A DNA stretch of 64,000 nucleotides, taken from contig CAVXEP010000012.1 of NCBI GenBank assembly GCA_963760795.1, positions 256,001 to 320,000 of the forward strand, given 5' to 3'. Source of the DNA: an uncultured delta proteobacterium (GTDB taxonomy: Bacteria; Desulfobacterota; Binatia; UBA9968). The notes beneath the pieces are model-generated. The model did not search any database and had not been told where the DNA came from. It saw only the letters and a program-made list of their open reading frames with translations. Below are positions 1 through 11,499 of this stretch, in pieces. The translations under genes and the position numbers were made by a program. The number at the start of each line of letters is the position of its first letter. Within the stretch, counting starts at the first letter, position 1.

Positions 1-22
1 ACCCCAGGGTCCAATTACACCA

Positions 23-958
23 ATGAAGGATGAATTTGTCATGGCGGCTCGATCCACCGATGATTCCCCAATCATCGGACGTTCAGCTTCGCGCGCATTA
101 AGCATCACGCGCACCAGCATCGCATTCGCGCTCAGCGACCGGCGTGCTATGGTCGGCGGGATTTTGCTCATCCTCTACATTCTTATCGCCCTTCTGGGAC
201 CCGGTATTTCTCGCCACGATTTAAATGCGCCCAATCTTGCAGTGCGGATGCACCCGCCGAGTTCGACCCACTGGCTGGGGACGGACCGCATCGGCAGGGA
301 CGTCCTGACCCGTATCATTGCCGGGTCTCAGGTCAGCTTGCAGGTGGCGGCGGGAGCAGTCATCTTGGCACTTTTCCTGGGCGCGCCGCTGGGTGCTTTG
401 GGCAGCTATTTCGGCGGGGCGCTCGATGCGCTGGTTCAACGCGTGATGGAGGGCATCATGGCCTTCCCCTCTCTGGTGCTGGCAATGGCTTTGGTGGCGT
501 TGGCCGGACCCAGCGTCATCATGCTGTGGTGCGCTATCGCATTCAGCTCCGTTCCCCGCTACGCGCGCCTGGTCAGAAGCGGCGTGCTGACGCAGAAGGA
601 GCGGGAATATGTCGACGCGGCTCGGGCCATGGGACAATCTCCCATGCGTATCCTACTTAGACAGATTCTGCCGAACATCATGGCACCCATCGCGGTACAA
701 TTTACGCTCGACCTGGCTCGGGCCATCAGTGTGGAAGCGGCCCTCAGCTATCTCGGCCTTGGACTGTCCGTGCCCTATATCAGCTGGGGCACGATGATCA
801 GGGACGCCCAGGACTTTTTAGAGGTGGCGCCATGGCTGGCGATTTTCCCCGGACTGGCCTTGGCGGGGTTCATCCTGGCATTCACCCTGGTCGGCGACGC
901 CTTGCGCGACCGCATGGACCCACGCATGCGCAGAAGCTTGAGCCGGCGGATGTTCTAG
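23..958 (+). CDS. Peptide/nickel ABC transporter permease (DppC/OppC-like)
   Basis: HWLGTDRIGRDVLTR motif, EAA loop (EYVDAARAMG), ILPN and PW motifs, several TM segments. Confidence 0.92.
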   Translation: MKDEFVMAARSTDDSPIIGRSASRALSITRTSIAFALSDRRAMVGGILLILYILIALLGPGISRHDLNAPNLAVRMHPPSSTHWLGTDRIGRDVLTRIIAGSQVSLQVAAGAVILALFLGAPLGALGSYFGGALDALVQRVMEGIMAFPSLVLAMALVALAGPSVIMLWCAIAFSSVPRYARLVRSGVLTQKEREYVDAARAMGQSPMRILLRQILPNIMAPIAVQFTLDLARAISVEAALSYLGLGLSVPYISWGTMIRDAQDFLEVAPWLAIFPGLALAGFILAFTLVGDALRDRMDPRMRRSLSRRMF

Positions 959-1017
959 ACATAACGATACATTTGGCAGCAACGTTCATTGGCAAGAATT
1001 TTCGACCAGGAGGGACC

Positions 1018-1437
1018 ATGGGCATCGAAGCAATCGATCACTGGGTACTGGTAGTCAAGGATCTGGAAGCAACCTTCGCTTTCTACCGCAAGCTCGGTCT
1101 GGAGGCGGGTTGGCAGGAGCGTCCGGGTGGGCGGGGAACTCGACCGATCATCCGCATCAGCGAGACGCAGAAGCTAAACCTTTACGTCGTCGATCGCTAT
1201 GAGATTGAGAGTCCGACCCACGCGCCGGGCTACGCCTTGGGATCGGCAGACTTCTGCTTAAAGTGGAAAGGCACCGTGCAGGAGGCCCAGGACTTTCTCA
1301 AACAGGCTGGAGTCCCGGTGCTCCACGATCCCGCCGCCCGTTCAGGCGCCCTCGGTCCAGGCACCAGTCTGTACGTGCGTGACCCCGATAACAATTTGAT
1401 CGAGCTGATAACCTACGGCGACCCCAAGTACCAATAG
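1018..1437 (+). CDS. VOC/glyoxalase family protein
   Basis: IDHWVLVVKDLEATFAFY and SLYVRDPDNNLIEL motifs; start moved to ATG 1018 after an AGGAGG RBS. Confidence 0.88.
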   Translation: MGIEAIDHWVLVVKDLEATFAFYRKLGLEAGWQERPGGRGTRPIIRISETQKLNLYVVDRYEIESPTHAPGYALGSADFCLKWKGTVQEAQDFLKQAGVPVLHDPAARSGALGPGTSLYVRDPDNNLIELITYGDPKYQ

Positions 1438-1465
1438 TTCGGACAACTAAAATTATCCGTTGGCG

Positions 1466-2680
1466 CTAAGCGCCAGGCTTCGCAGTTTCAGGCTGCGGGC
1501 CAACGGTGATCGGACCTGGCCGATATAGCGGCTGGTTGATTTGCGACTTATCGACATCGAGTTTGTAAAGCCCGATGGCGTTGTCCATCAAGATCTTCTT
1601 GCGGTCATCCACCGATACCACGTCCTGGATTGAGTGAGTCCGGCACCACACCGACTTGGGCCAGGTGGTCGTGCCGTGGGGGTAATCGGTGGAGTACATG
1701 ATCTTGTCGACGCCGATCTCATCGCGGCTTCTGATACCGTGGCGCTCATGCCAGAAAGTGCTCCACATGTTGGACCGAAACGCCTCACTGGGTTTCTTGG
1801 TGAGCGTGGTGTTTTTCGCTACCCTGCGCTCGTCAAACTCATGGTCCAGTTCTTCTAACAGATACGGCAGCCAACCCACGCCGCTCTCGACACTGATGGT
1901 CTTCAACTTGGGAAATTTTTCAAACACGCCCGAATAGAGAATGTTGGAGACGATCTCCATGTGGCTGACAAAGGTCATGGAAACCTGCAGAGCGGTCCTC
2001 GCGCCTCCCTGCAAGGATTCCCAGGCCGGCAAGGCCGGCAAGGCGGTGGAGTGCAAGCATAGGGGAACATCCAGGTCGCAGCACGCCTGGAAGACCGGGT
2101 ACCAATAGGGATCGTTGAAATATTTCAGCCCGAGGACGTGCGGCGCGCCGTGCCAGGCCAAAGCTTTGTGGCCGCGCTTCACGGCGCGATGGATCTCGGC
2201 AACGCACAAGTTCACGTCCCACATCGGGGTCACGCACTGGGCGATGAACCTGGGCGAATAGTCTTGCCACTCTTCGATGAGCCAGTCGTTGTAAGCGCGA
2301 ATACAGGCCAGACGGAACTCTTCACTGCCTTCTTTCTGAAAATTCTGATTGGTGATGCCGATGATGTTGGGGAACAGCACCGAAGCGTCCACTTCCTCTT
2401 GGTCAAGAATCTTCAGACGCTCGGCCGCGACGTAGGTGGAAGGGGGCACTTCGTCCCAGGTGCGCACCTTGGCTTTGACACCGGCGATGCGCGCCAGCCC
2501 GCCGAATCCTTGCGCGTTGCCGCCCAACGCCCAGGTTTGGCTGCCGTCTGGCAGCTCGACGATGTGCGGGATGTCATCGCCAAACTTGGCTTTGGACATC
2601 CGGTTGGTCCAAACATCGGGGGCTTCTTGGACGTGATCATCAGCGGAGACGACGCCATACTTCATCTTCAGGATTGCCAT
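1466..2680 (-). CDS. Amidohydrolase family protein (Amidohydro_2-like)
   Basis: SADDHVQE, LCLH, VESGVGW and YSTDYPH metal motifs; AGGAG RBS before ATG 2680. Confidence 0.88.
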   Translation of the reverse strand: MAILKMKYGVVSADDHVQEAPDVWTNRMSKAKFGDDIPHIVELPDGSQTWALGGNAQGFGGLARIAGVKAKVRTWDEVPPSTYVAAERLKILDQEEVDASVLFPNIIGITNQNFQKEGSEEFRLACIRAYNDWLIEEWQDYSPRFIAQCVTPMWDVNLCVAEIHRAVKRGHKALAWHGAPHVLGLKYFNDPYWYPVFQACCDLDVPLCLHSTALPALPAWESLQGGARTALQVSMTFVSHMEIVSNILYSGVFEKFPKLKTISVESGVGWLPYLLEELDHEFDERRVAKNTTLTKKPSEAFRSNMWSTFWHERHGIRSRDEIGVDKIMYSTDYPHGTTTWPKSVWCRTHSIQDVVSVDDRKKILMDNAIGLYKLDVDKSQINQPLYRPGPITVGPQPETAKPGA

Positions 2681-2951
2681 AGGAACTCCTTGCGCAATAG
2701 TTGCAGCCAATTTGTCAGGGAACCCCGTGTCAGTCGAAAGGGCCCCGTCGAACCCTGACGAGACGAGACTGCACTGTCATTGGCCGTCCCACTGCCAAAA
2801 CCGGACATTGCTATTTCAACCAGTGCCAACCCAGGCCGGCAAACGAAGCCGAATCTACGCTCGCCGGTAAATTTCTGTCAATTGTCAGCGGAGAAATTAG
2901 CAACTTGAACACTGCAGCGGCGGACGCGTGAAAGCGCAGGTTCTAAGCCCG

Positions 2952-3752
2952 CTAGGAACTTCCAATGGTTCCGCCGTTGACCACCAGCGTTTGCCCGGTG
3001 ATAAACCGCGCCATCTTTGAGGCGAGGAATAGAGCGGCCTGAGCAATATCCTCCGGCTCTCCCCTACTCCCCAACGGGTTAGAGCTGACTACCATTCGGC
3101 TTGCAGGAAGTTCATCTCGAGCTGCCGAGGTGGGACTTCCAGTGTTGATGCCACCCGGCGCTATGGCATTGATCCTGATCCCTAAAGGCCCGAGTTCAAA
3201 GGCCAGCACTCGTGTCAATTGAATAATCGCTGCCTTGGACGCGGCGTAGTGGACGCCTTGCCCGCGGCTGTAAAAAAGCCCGGCGTGAGACGCGATGTTG
3301 ATGATGCAGCCGGTTCGCTTTGCCATCATCATGCGGGCAGCCCGCTGAGAGCACATGAAGGTTCCCTTCAGGTTGACCGCAAGCACGCTGTCCCATTCGG
3401 AATCGGCGATCTCCAGGAAAGGCCGTCTAAACCAGATGCCGGTGTTGTTGACCAAAATATCTACGCCGGCGAATTTTTCTTGCACGGTGCCGAACAACCG
3501 GTCCACGTCCGCAGGCGAGGCAACGTCAGTCTTGACCGCCAACGCCTTTCTGCCGATCTGCTCCATCCTCTCGGCGATCTTGCGGGCGCTATCTTCGTTG
3601 ATGTCGGCGATGACAAGGTCAGCGCCGGCCCTGGCAAACGCTTCGGCGATAGCGGCGCCGATGCCGCGGCCGGCCCCGGTGACGATGGCCAGCTTACCGC
3701 TTAGATCGATGACTGCTTCTGACTTTGACTGCACGGATATTTCCTTGGGCAT
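2952..3752 (-). CDS. SDR family oxidoreductase (FabG-like)
   Basis: TGAGRGIG, NNTG, YAASK, ITGQTLVVNGG. Confidence 0.92.
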   Translation of the reverse strand: MPKEISVQSKSEAVIDLSGKLAIVTGAGRGIGAAIAEAFARAGADLVIADINEDSARKIAERMEQIGRKALAVKTDVASPADVDRLFGTVQEKFAGVDILVNNTGIWFRRPFLEIADSEWDSVLAVNLKGTFMCSQRAARMMMAKRTGCIINIASHAGLFYSRGQGVHYAASKAAIIQLTRVLAFELGPLGIRINAIAPGGINTGSPTSAARDELPASRMVVSSNPLGSRGEPEDIAQAALFLASKMARFITGQTLVVNGGTIGSS

Positions 3753-3950
3753 CGCACACGGGTCTTGTCACCCACGAGCGAGTCTTAGCAAATTCATGAT
3801 AAATCGCCAACTCGCGCGCAAGAGCTTTAGACGTACGGACCGCTATTATCGAACTTACAACAAATCAGTGAGAGATCAGGTTACGCCTACGGTAATTATT
3901 GATACCTAGCGTCACTCCAGTGAAGATTCTCCCGTTCAGAAGTTCAAGAG

Positions 3951-3973
3951 CCTGCCCTGAGTATGTCGAAAGG
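3951..3973. repeat. REP-like CCCTGAG-N-GTCGAAGG unit within GTTCAAG-type heptamers
   Basis: Same unit recurs at about 7694, 7760 and 48978. Confidence 0.5.
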
Positions 3974-4113
3974 TCCAAGGGCGCGGGAAAAAAAAGAACC
4001 CGTTTCCCCTCATGCTCACTAATGGTTGCCTCTTGGATGATTTGTCCGTGTCCATCTTGATCGGCAAACAGTTCCGCGTGTTCGACAATTGCCGAACGAT
4101 GCTTGCCCTTGAA

Positions 4114-5995
4114 TCAAGGCAGGCTGTTCGCGTGCTCCATCAGGATGCGCTTCACTTCCTGAATCGTCTCCGGGTTGCCCTGCATCGAATGCGCCGAATG
4201 GACGATCTTCTCCGATGCGACGCCGTCGATGTGCGCGCTCGAATATTTTACCACTCCGTCTCCTCCATCTGCCGGCGGGCCACCGCCTTCCACGCCGACG
4301 ATGGAATGGGCGATCACTCCATCGGCGATGGGGGTCGCCGATAAGGCCACGATGAAGCGATTGGTCGGGTTCATGTTATCGATGCTGGTTGGGATGCCGG
4401 TCATGGGGCCGACGTACAATCCCTTGCTCTTTAGCGTCACTAGGTCGACACTCATTTTGGTAAAACGGCCCGGCATAGTCACCAGCCAGGAGCCGATCCG
4501 TCCCAGCACGCCGAGAGCCTGATAACTGCCGCGATGCGGCGTCGCAATAAATATCACTCGGCGGACAAACGGAAGCGGCTTGAACAGTAGCGAATTGGCA
4601 AGCAGGTCACGCGTTTCAACGTCAATATCCAACTTCTCCGGCGGCACGGTGAAAGGCCACAGGTGCAGTGCCGCTATCGATCACCGTCATCTTGGTCAAC
4701 AATCCCCCTTGACTATGGCCCGCGACGACGAGCTGTCGGAGGCCTGGATCCTTTCCCTCCGGATCCAGCTCTTTCACGACACTAAGCAAATTATCGCGCA
4801 GGAGCATCGCCGAATAAGCGATCGGATTACCGGTGTTGTACATGAATAGCCAGATCTCATAATTTTCCCAAAACCTGGGGTCATTCTCTAATTCGTTGAT
4901 CAGCTCGGCCCAGCGCGCCGGGCTCGAGGCGGTGCCGTGCACGAGCACCACCGGGATACGGCCGACCTTATGCGGGTGAAGCATGAACAACCCTTGCCGC
5001 AAGTTTGCGCCACTGGGCGCGAAGTCGCCGGATCTGAATCCGGCAATTTCGAAGTCCCAAACCGGCGCGCCTTCCAGAGTGAAGGCCAGTGCGGAAGTGG
5101 TTTCGTATTCGATCGACACGTCCATGCCTGCGACCTTGAGCGTTCTGGCGGAATCCGGAGTGTAAAATTCCAGCTCGCCGCGCAGCTTTCCGGAAGCCAA
5201 TGCCGCGCGCGGATCGTCAAGCCGCAGAAATGCCGTGACCGGAATCCTCAGCCGCAGCGGAATACGCATGGTCTGTTTGACGGCTGCTCCTTCAATCGGC
5301 TCGAGCGACGCGGCGAGAGGCGCGCCGATACCCGGCGTGCGGTAGCGATTACGCAGACCACGCACTTCGACGTCGGCCGCGGGAACGAAATCCTTCATGC
5401 GGAAGCCGCCCCATAGGAGATCGCGTTCATTGAACGAGACTGTAAGCTCGCCGAAGGGCAGCTTGAAGGTGCCGCCCATGGGGATGGCGTAGGCGCCTTC
5501 GGCTGACTTGGCCGCTTGGGTCAGCGAGTGATTGTAGAGATCCGCCGCCCAGCGCACTCGCGGGTCGGTTGCCCGGGGCGGCGTGCCGTGCTGGCCGGGA
5601 AGAAGAAATGCGTAAGCATAGATGGCGGACGCGAGATAATAGGATCGCTCGCCGCTCTTCTGGGCGTGCAGAAAAGAAAGCTCGGCCAGCGCAAAAATCC
5701 GATCCTCATCGCCTTTTGGCGCCAAACTCGCATGCAGATCGGCCAGCGCCTTTTGCGGATTGTCTGCGAATTCCTGGTAAAGATTAGAATTGATCAGCTC
5801 CCGCGACGAAAACGAGCTTGCCCGCTCGGACGATATCGCGTTTGCCGTGAGCGACTGATAGGCGACACGGCGATCCACATAGTTTACGCCGATCGGCGTC
5901 GCGCAGCCGGCTAAAAACCCTGCAAGCAAGTAAAGCGCGGTGAATCTAACGATTATTCCCTGGCTCAATTGTATGAAGTTCTCGAACCGACTCAT
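4114..5995 (-). CDS. Lipoprotein alpha/beta hydrolase (lipase/esterase-like), one frameshift near 4660
   Basis: LAGC lipobox, VVLVHGTASS, GHSQGG nucleophile, ATPHRGS, DGVVKY and AHS; ORFs 4622-6220 and 4114-4647 join. Confidence 0.85.
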
Positions 5996-6075
5996 GTCAT
6001 CTCCCTTACCACGAAAAAGGTTTATTCTGCAGCCGCCAATTATCGACCCGAGCTTTTGTCTCGGAGAGCAGCGAA

Positions 6076-6402
6076 TCATTGTTTCTCCACCTCCGGCGCG
6101 CGCCCGGTCAGCGTGTGACGCATCGATGGATAGAGCGTCAATTGTCGGATGTTGCCCTCGATCTCCTTGCCGAACGAGATGGCCGCATCCCGAATCACGA
6201 CGCGGGGTCGGGGAAACCAAAAGAGATCGATCTTTTCGATCCGCGCCACGCCGTTGGTCCTATCAGCGACGAAAGCGCGAGCTTTTGCCTTGACGGCGTC
6301 GCCGTCGACGATCATTGGAATTAGCAGTATCAAGGCGAACGACGACAACAGAAAAAGTCCAGAGATGAGCGCAACCCATCTGACGACACGCGACTGGTTC
6401 AT
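6076..6402 (-). pseudogene. AsmA-like protein, N-terminal fragment
   Basis: N-terminal TM then IDLFWFPRPRVVIRD typical of AsmA N-termini; only about 100 aa. Confidence 0.55.
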
Positions 6403-6466
6403 TTATTGTATGAATACAGTAGAAGGCACTAGATTCCGCCAAACCGGCTACTCGCCCGTTGGTCAC

Positions 6467-7471
6467 TTACTTCTGCCGTGGCCCGGGCATCGGCAGTCCT
6501 TCGCGGATGCGCTGCGAAAACGCTGGGTCCTTTTCGGCGCCATGCGCGCGGGAGTTCACCAATGACAGCTTTTCGAGCTCGACGAAGGGACGCGAGGTGT
6601 CGATCCGGCCAAGATCGTAGAGATAATCCGGCACGTAGCCGCTCAGCAGGACTTTCCAAGACATGCGCGGCGCCCCCGGGTTCATGCGCGTGTGAAATAA
6701 AATACTCGTCGTGCAATTGGTCGTCAGCGTATTGTAATAACTCGGCCGCTCGCGCAAATCGTTTATCGACTTTATGTAGTCGAGAAAAATTCGCCGGACA
6801 TTTTCAATCGGCGCGTTGGTGCGGTAGACATAAACGTCCTCCTGGGGTTGGCGATAGGTCGTGCGCACGCCGATCACGTCGCGCTCGTCGGCAACGACGT
6901 AGTAAAGCTCATACTGTCTGAAAAAACCCGCCAGGGTCGAATAACTCTCGCCCTTCTCTTTGCGGGTTTCGATGGACACCGCGAGATAATCTTTGCCCGC
7001 GAAACCGAAGCTCACCATGACATGAGCGATGGCCTTGCCGGCCCAGTAGACCGCGATGACGTCCGCGGAATCCAGCTTGCTGAGATCGTAGGTGCGGGTG
7101 TCCCAGCGCGGATCGAAGTCGGTTTCCGTGCGATAGTCAAAATTTCTGATGTTGTGAATCGTAATCAGATCGCCGTTGATCGTCGCATAAGGCAAATTGG
7201 CTACTTCCGGCTGCCAATCGCGATCGTTCGACGCGGGGATGCGGAAAAACAATCCGACGAGCAAGGCAAACACGATGACCGCGACAATCGCGGTTCGTCC
7301 GCGCTGCGGCAAGAACAGAAAGGCGAGAACGGTGAGCAGGACTAAGGTTACCGCGGCCGGTGCGCGCCAAGCCTTGGGCAATAACGGCGCGTAGTACAAC
7401 GCGCCGGCACTCCATAGCAGCAAGCCCGCAAGCAAGATCCCGAGAATGATTTGACCGATTCGTCGTGCCAT
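6467..7471 (-). CDS. DUF4105 (Lnb N-terminal-like) membrane protein
   Basis: 3 N-terminal TMs, IHNIRNFDYR, AHVMVSFGF, SIETRKEKGESYS, YNTLTTNCTT. Confidence 0.88.
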   Translation of the reverse strand: MARRIGQIILGILLAGLLLWSAGALYYAPLLPKAWRAPAAVTLVLLTVLAFLFLPQRGRTAIVAVIVFALLVGLFFRIPASNDRDWQPEVANLPYATINGDLITIHNIRNFDYRTETDFDPRWDTRTYDLSKLDSADVIAVYWAGKAIAHVMVSFGFAGKDYLAVSIETRKEKGESYSTLAGFFRQYELYYVVADERDVIGVRTTYRQPQEDVYVYRTNAPIENVRRIFLDYIKSINDLRERPSYYNTLTTNCTTSILFHTRMNPGAPRMSWKVLLSGYVPDYLYDLGRIDTSRPFVELEKLSLVNSRAHGAEKDPAFSQRIREGLPMPGPRQK

Positions 7472-7639
7472 TACCGCTGCGCCGTGTTTCTGCTTGCCGG
7501 CCCCTTCGTCAGCGCGCCAGGGACCGCATCATGCCGCGCATGTCCTGCACGCGCATGAGATCCTGCTGGCGCTGGAGTGGTTTTTCATTGAACCCGTGGC
7601 GGTCCTGGATATTTGATAACACGGAGTTTGAATAGTTGC

Positions 7640-7661
7640 CTATTAGACCTTGGTCCAATAG
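7640..7661. promoter_or_regulatory. Palindromic box CTATTAGAC-CTTG-GTCCAATAG
   Basis: One of 8 related palindromes; about 170 bp upstream of the DUF4105 gene. Confidence 0.65.
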
Positions 7662-7842
7662 GCAGGCTGCTGAAAAAGACCCCTATGCCGATTGCCCTGA
7701 GCATTGTCGAAGGGTGCGCTCAATCGCCTCGCTGCGACGTATTGAGAGCACGCCCTTAGCCTATCCTGAGAAGTCGAAGGAAGCGAATTCGAAGGATCGA
7801 TTTTTCGCGCGCCTCGCCTCTGGATCTTTTTGAGCAGCCTGC
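7662..7842. mobile_element. MITE-like element with IS5/IS1182-like ends
   Basis: TIRs GCAGGCTGCTGAAAAAGA and TCTTTTTGAGCAGCCTGC; second copy inverted at 58878-59006. Confidence 0.75.
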
Positions 7843-7897
7843 TAGTCCATGACAGTTACTTACCGCGTAGCATTGCCTTGCCATGACTCGATAGGGG

Positions 7898-9337
7898 TCA
7901 CCTGGGCGGCGGCGGATCGAACCAGCCGCCGTCGGGCGCAATCGACGCGCTCGCCTGGGCCGGCCCCCATGTGCCCGGCTCGTACTCGTAAACGGGAGCC
8001 GCATCGCCCAAGATTGGATCCACTATCCGCCATGCTTCTTCGACATAGTCCTGGCGCGCAAAGCGACCGGAATTACCCCGCATCGCGTCATACAACAGTT
8101 CCTCGTAAGCGCCCATCTCGGCGGGATCGGATTGCTGGCTGATCACGAGTTCGACCTGTTGGCCTTCGAGCGGCTCGCCGGCTTTCTTCACCAAAGCGCC
8201 GACCGCAATCATCAGATCGGGTGTCACGCGGAAACGAAAATAGTTGGCCGGAAGGGGAATCTCCGAGAAGACCGCCGGAGGCTGGCGCAGCTTGACGATG
8301 ACCTCGGTTGCCGTCACGGCAAGGCTCTTGCCGGCGCGGATGTAGAACGGCACACCCTTCCAGCGCCACGAGTTGATCTCAAGCCGCAACGCCACAAAGG
8401 TTTCCGTCTGAGAGTCGGCCTTGACGCCTCGCTCGTCGCGATAACCGCGAAACTGACCGCGCACCACGTCTTGCGGCCGGAGCGGGCGAATTCCTTTGAG
8501 CACCTTGGCTTTTTCGTCCCGCAACATCTCGACATCCACGCCGGGCGGAGGTTCCATGGCAACGTTGGTCAGCACTTGCAGCAGATGGTTTTGCACGACG
8601 TCGCGGAGCACCCCCGTGCGATCGTAAAAATTGCCGCGACCGTCGACACCGAAGTTTTCCGCCATCGTGATCTGCACGCTTTCGACGCACTGGCGATTCC
8701 ATAGAGGCTCGAGAAAGGAATTGGCGAAGCGGAAGAAGAGCAGATTTTGCACCGCGTTTTTGCCCAGATAGTGGTCGATACGAAAAACCTTTGCTTCCTC
8801 GAAGACCTCGTGCACCACCCGGTTCAGAGACTTCGCTGTCGCAAGATCTTGTCCGAAAGGTTTCTCGATGACGATGCGCGCGCCCTGGGCGCAACCCGAT
8901 TCGCCGAGTTGATGAATTACCGTCTCGAACAGGATGGGCGGAATGGCCAGATAGTGCAGCGGCTGCTTCGCGTCGCCCAGTTTCCGGCGCAACTCCTGAA
9001 AAGTCGCCGCCTCGCTATAGTCGCCGTCTACGTAGTCCATGAGGCCGCTCAAGCGGCCAAATGCGTCCGGGTCAAAACCGCCGTACCGTTCGACGCTGTC
9101 CCGCGCGCGTGCTCGAAGTTGGTCGAGCGTCCAGCCGGCTTTGGCGACGCCGATAACCGGGATGTCGAGATTGCCGCGTTTGGCCAGCGCTTGCAGGGCG
9201 GGAAATATCTTCTTATGGGCGAGATCCCCGGTAGCGCCAAAGAAAACCAGCGCGTCGGAAGAGCCAGCGCTTGGGGCAATGCCTTCTTTCATAGTTTCGA
9301 ATATCGTGTTCATGTCACTCAGCGCTTTCGCTACCAC
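7898..9337 (-). CDS. zwf: Glucose-6-phosphate dehydrogenase
   Basis: [32 protein letters not shown]. Confidence 0.96.
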   Translation of the reverse strand: MVAKALSDMNTIFETMKEGIAPSAGSSDALVFFGATGDLAHKKIFPALQALAKRGNLDIPVIGVAKAGWTLDQLRARARDSVERYGGFDPDAFGRLSGLMDYVDGDYSEAATFQELRRKLGDAKQPLHYLAIPPILFETVIHQLGESGCAQGARIVIEKPFGQDLATAKSLNRVVHEVFEEAKVFRIDHYLGKNAVQNLLFFRFANSFLEPLWNRQCVESVQITMAENFGVDGRGNFYDRTGVLRDVVQNHLLQVLTNVAMEPPPGVDVEMLRDEKAKVLKGIRPLRPQDVVRGQFRGYRDERGVKADSQTETFVALRLEINSWRWKGVPFYIRAGKSLAVTATEVIVKLRQPPAVFSEIPLPANYFRFRVTPDLMIAVGALVKKAGEPLEGQQVELVISQQSDPAEMGAYEELLYDAMRGNSGRFARQDYVEEAWRIVDPILGDAAPVYEYEPGTWGPAQASASIAPDGGWFDPPPPR

Positions 9338-9413
9338 GCTTTTGTTTCATAAACCGCATGTCCTTCTTGCGAAAATTCGCATGTGTATGGGTGCTGTCAA
9401 TTTTTGCTTTGTC

Positions 9414-9452
9414 CGAATTGTCTCGAATTTCGAGCTTCGAGTTTCTAGTCTT
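9414..9452. repeat. Degenerate 7-bp tandem repeat (TTCGAAT-like)
   Basis: cgaattgtctcgaatttcgagcttcgagtttctagtctt. Confidence 0.4.
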
Positions 9453-9682
9453 GTCTGTGCTTCTCAGTCATTGGCGGCCCCTTCGACTTCGCTGCTACGT
9501 GGATGTCAAGGCACTAACAGACGAATGCTCTTAATTCTCCTATGACTTTACTTCCTCACCCACCCAAGAGAGACTCACTGCTATGCGTGACACGGCACAA
9601 AGCCGTCACACCTGTCGGCGAGCGTTGCCACGATTGATCACGCGGTAGCAGATCTCTCCAACGGATTCTCTCCCTGCCTGCT

Positions 9683-11233
9683 CTACAGCTGGTCTTCAAT
9701 CGGCAGCATGCCGATGAGGCCGATGGCGAACCGGTACATGAAACTTGTTTCCGGGTCTCTGTCGTACTGCACTTTTTCCGCGTTGTTTTCAGCGCTCCAG
9801 AGCAGATTCTCGTTGTTGTCGAGCGTGACGCGATAGGCGCTGCCGGGGGAGACCCCTTCATCCATCAACTCTCCCACCTGCCCGGCAATCTCCGGACTAT
9901 CGATGATCACACCGATCTCGGTGTTGAGGGCCGTCGATCGAGGGTCGAGATTGAAACTCCCGATGAACACGGACTTGCGGTCGAACACAAGGGACTTGGC
10001 ATGCAACGCAGCTTTCGATTGACCGGCCAAGGCCGACCAATCTCGTTTCATATTGCTATCCGGACGCAGCTCGTACAGCTCGACGCCGGCGTTGAGCAGT
10101 TTCTTGCGCGTATAGACATAGCCGGCCAGCGCCGGGAGCACGTCATGGGAGGCCGCGGAATTGGTCATCACACGCACCTTGACGCCTCGAGATGTGAGTT
10201 GTCGCACCCTCTCGATAGTCACGTCGCCCAATATGAAGTACGGCGACTCGATCAACAGTTCGCGCTCCACCTCACTGACCCGTTGGCGGAGTGCCAAAGC
10301 GATGATGTTGTCCGCATTGGCGTTGACCCTGGAGGGATGCTCGACGACAACTTTGCCGGGCGCCCAGATGAAATTGTCCCGGATCTTGACCAAGCGCGCG
10401 CGCAGATCGGCCAAATGTTCGTCGATCGGATAGGGATAGCCGGTGGCAGCGAGTTTTTCCGCTAGCCGTGTCCTAAATTTCGCCAATTCCCGTTCGGTGG
10501 CGTCCTCTTTCACGACCGCACCGACCGGTAGCGCCCACTCGCTGTTCCAGAACATATCGAAGCTCGTCGACAACTCGTTGACGATCGGACCGCTGTTCAT
10601 AACATCGAGATCGCGAAAGTTGTAATCCGCCTTTACGCCAAAATAGGTATCTGCGATGTTGCGCCCGCCGACAATTGCCACGGCATTGTCCATGACGAAC
10701 AGCTTGTTGTGCATCCGATGGTTGGCACGGCCAAACTCGGCCAAGAAGCTCATAACGCGCCAACGCCGGTTCCTGATCGGGTTGAAGAAACGAATCTCGA
10801 TGTTGGGATGGGCGTCGAGCGCGGCAATGTTGGCGTCTCTGGTTTCCGACATATAATGGTCGTCGATCAACAAGCGCACACGGACGCCGCGGTCCGCGGC
10901 ACGCAGCAGCCGGTCGGCTAAGATCAGCCCGGTGGTGTCGCTATCCCAGATGTAATATTGCCCGTCGAGCGTCTTTTCAGCTAAGTCGGCCATCCCCAAC
11001 CGAGCCATAAACGCCGTACTACCGTCGCGAATAAGAGAGAAGCCGGATAGTCCCGGATGTTTGTCGGCCGCTTCCTGAAACAACGCGCCGACGGTAGTGG
11101 TTTGCGGAGATGCGAAGGTATTCGACGGGGTGCGCGGATAATTCCAGTTGATCGCGGGAGCGCACGCGCTCACGAGCAAGGCAAATACGAGCATCGCCAA
11201 CATGCTTTTGTCCAACTGATATCTTGTCCTCAT
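9683..11233 (-). CDS. Phospholipase D family lipoprotein (ClsC-like cardiolipin synthase)
   Basis: Two HKD motifs (HNKLFVMD, HAKSLVFD), VSAC lipobox, GSFNLDPRS. Confidence 0.92.
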   Translation of the reverse strand: MRTRYQLDKSMLAMLVFALLVSACAPAINWNYPRTPSNTFASPQTTTVGALFQEAADKHPGLSGFSLIRDGSTAFMARLGMADLAEKTLDGQYYIWDSDTTGLILADRLLRAADRGVRVRLLIDDHYMSETRDANIAALDAHPNIEIRFFNPIRNRRWRVMSFLAEFGRANHRMHNKLFVMDNAVAIVGGRNIADTYFGVKADYNFRDLDVMNSGPIVNELSTSFDMFWNSEWALPVGAVVKEDATERELAKFRTRLAEKLAATGYPYPIDEHLADLRARLVKIRDNFIWAPGKVVVEHPSRVNANADNIIALALRQRVSEVERELLIESPYFILGDVTIERVRQLTSRGVKVRVMTNSAASHDVLPALAGYVYTRKKLLNAGVELYELRPDSNMKRDWSALAGQSKAALHAKSLVFDRKSVFIGSFNLDPRSTALNTEIGVIIDSPEIAGQVGELMDEGVSPGSAYRVTLDNNENLLWSAENNAEKVQYDRDPETSFMYRFAIGLIGMLPIEDQL

Positions 11234-11317
11234 GTTTCACCTCGTCTAGTTTACTAAGGCACGGCGCACGAGATCGCAGAGCGATCTTTATCGCCTGCCC
11301 CTTCCGTTTAGTTTTAT

Positions 11318-11499
11318 GATGGCGCCAGTTGGCGCCCGGAACATAAGTCCACCATTGGTAGCAGTCGTTGAGATTGACGTTGTTTGGGTTTTTGAAAAAC
11401 CACCGACGCAGGCACGAGCATTTCCGGTTTGGCGGTGGGATAATCGTTGGGATTCGGCGTGCGTTCGGCGTGCGTGACGTGCTTGGCCGCTTCGACGAA
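11318..11499 (-). pseudogene. Formylglycine-generating enzyme (SUMF1-like) internal remnant
   Basis: Manual translation FVEAAKHVTHAERTPNPNDYPTAKPEMLVPASVVFQKP then, after a shift, QWWTYVPGANWRH. Confidence 0.7.

Noticed and set aside
1-20. Half match GGTCCAAT to the palindromic box
   Set aside because: Left arm absent or cut by the window edge
2805-2830. TGGCAC on the minus strand as a sigma54 promoter
   Set aside because: No TTGC at the required spacing
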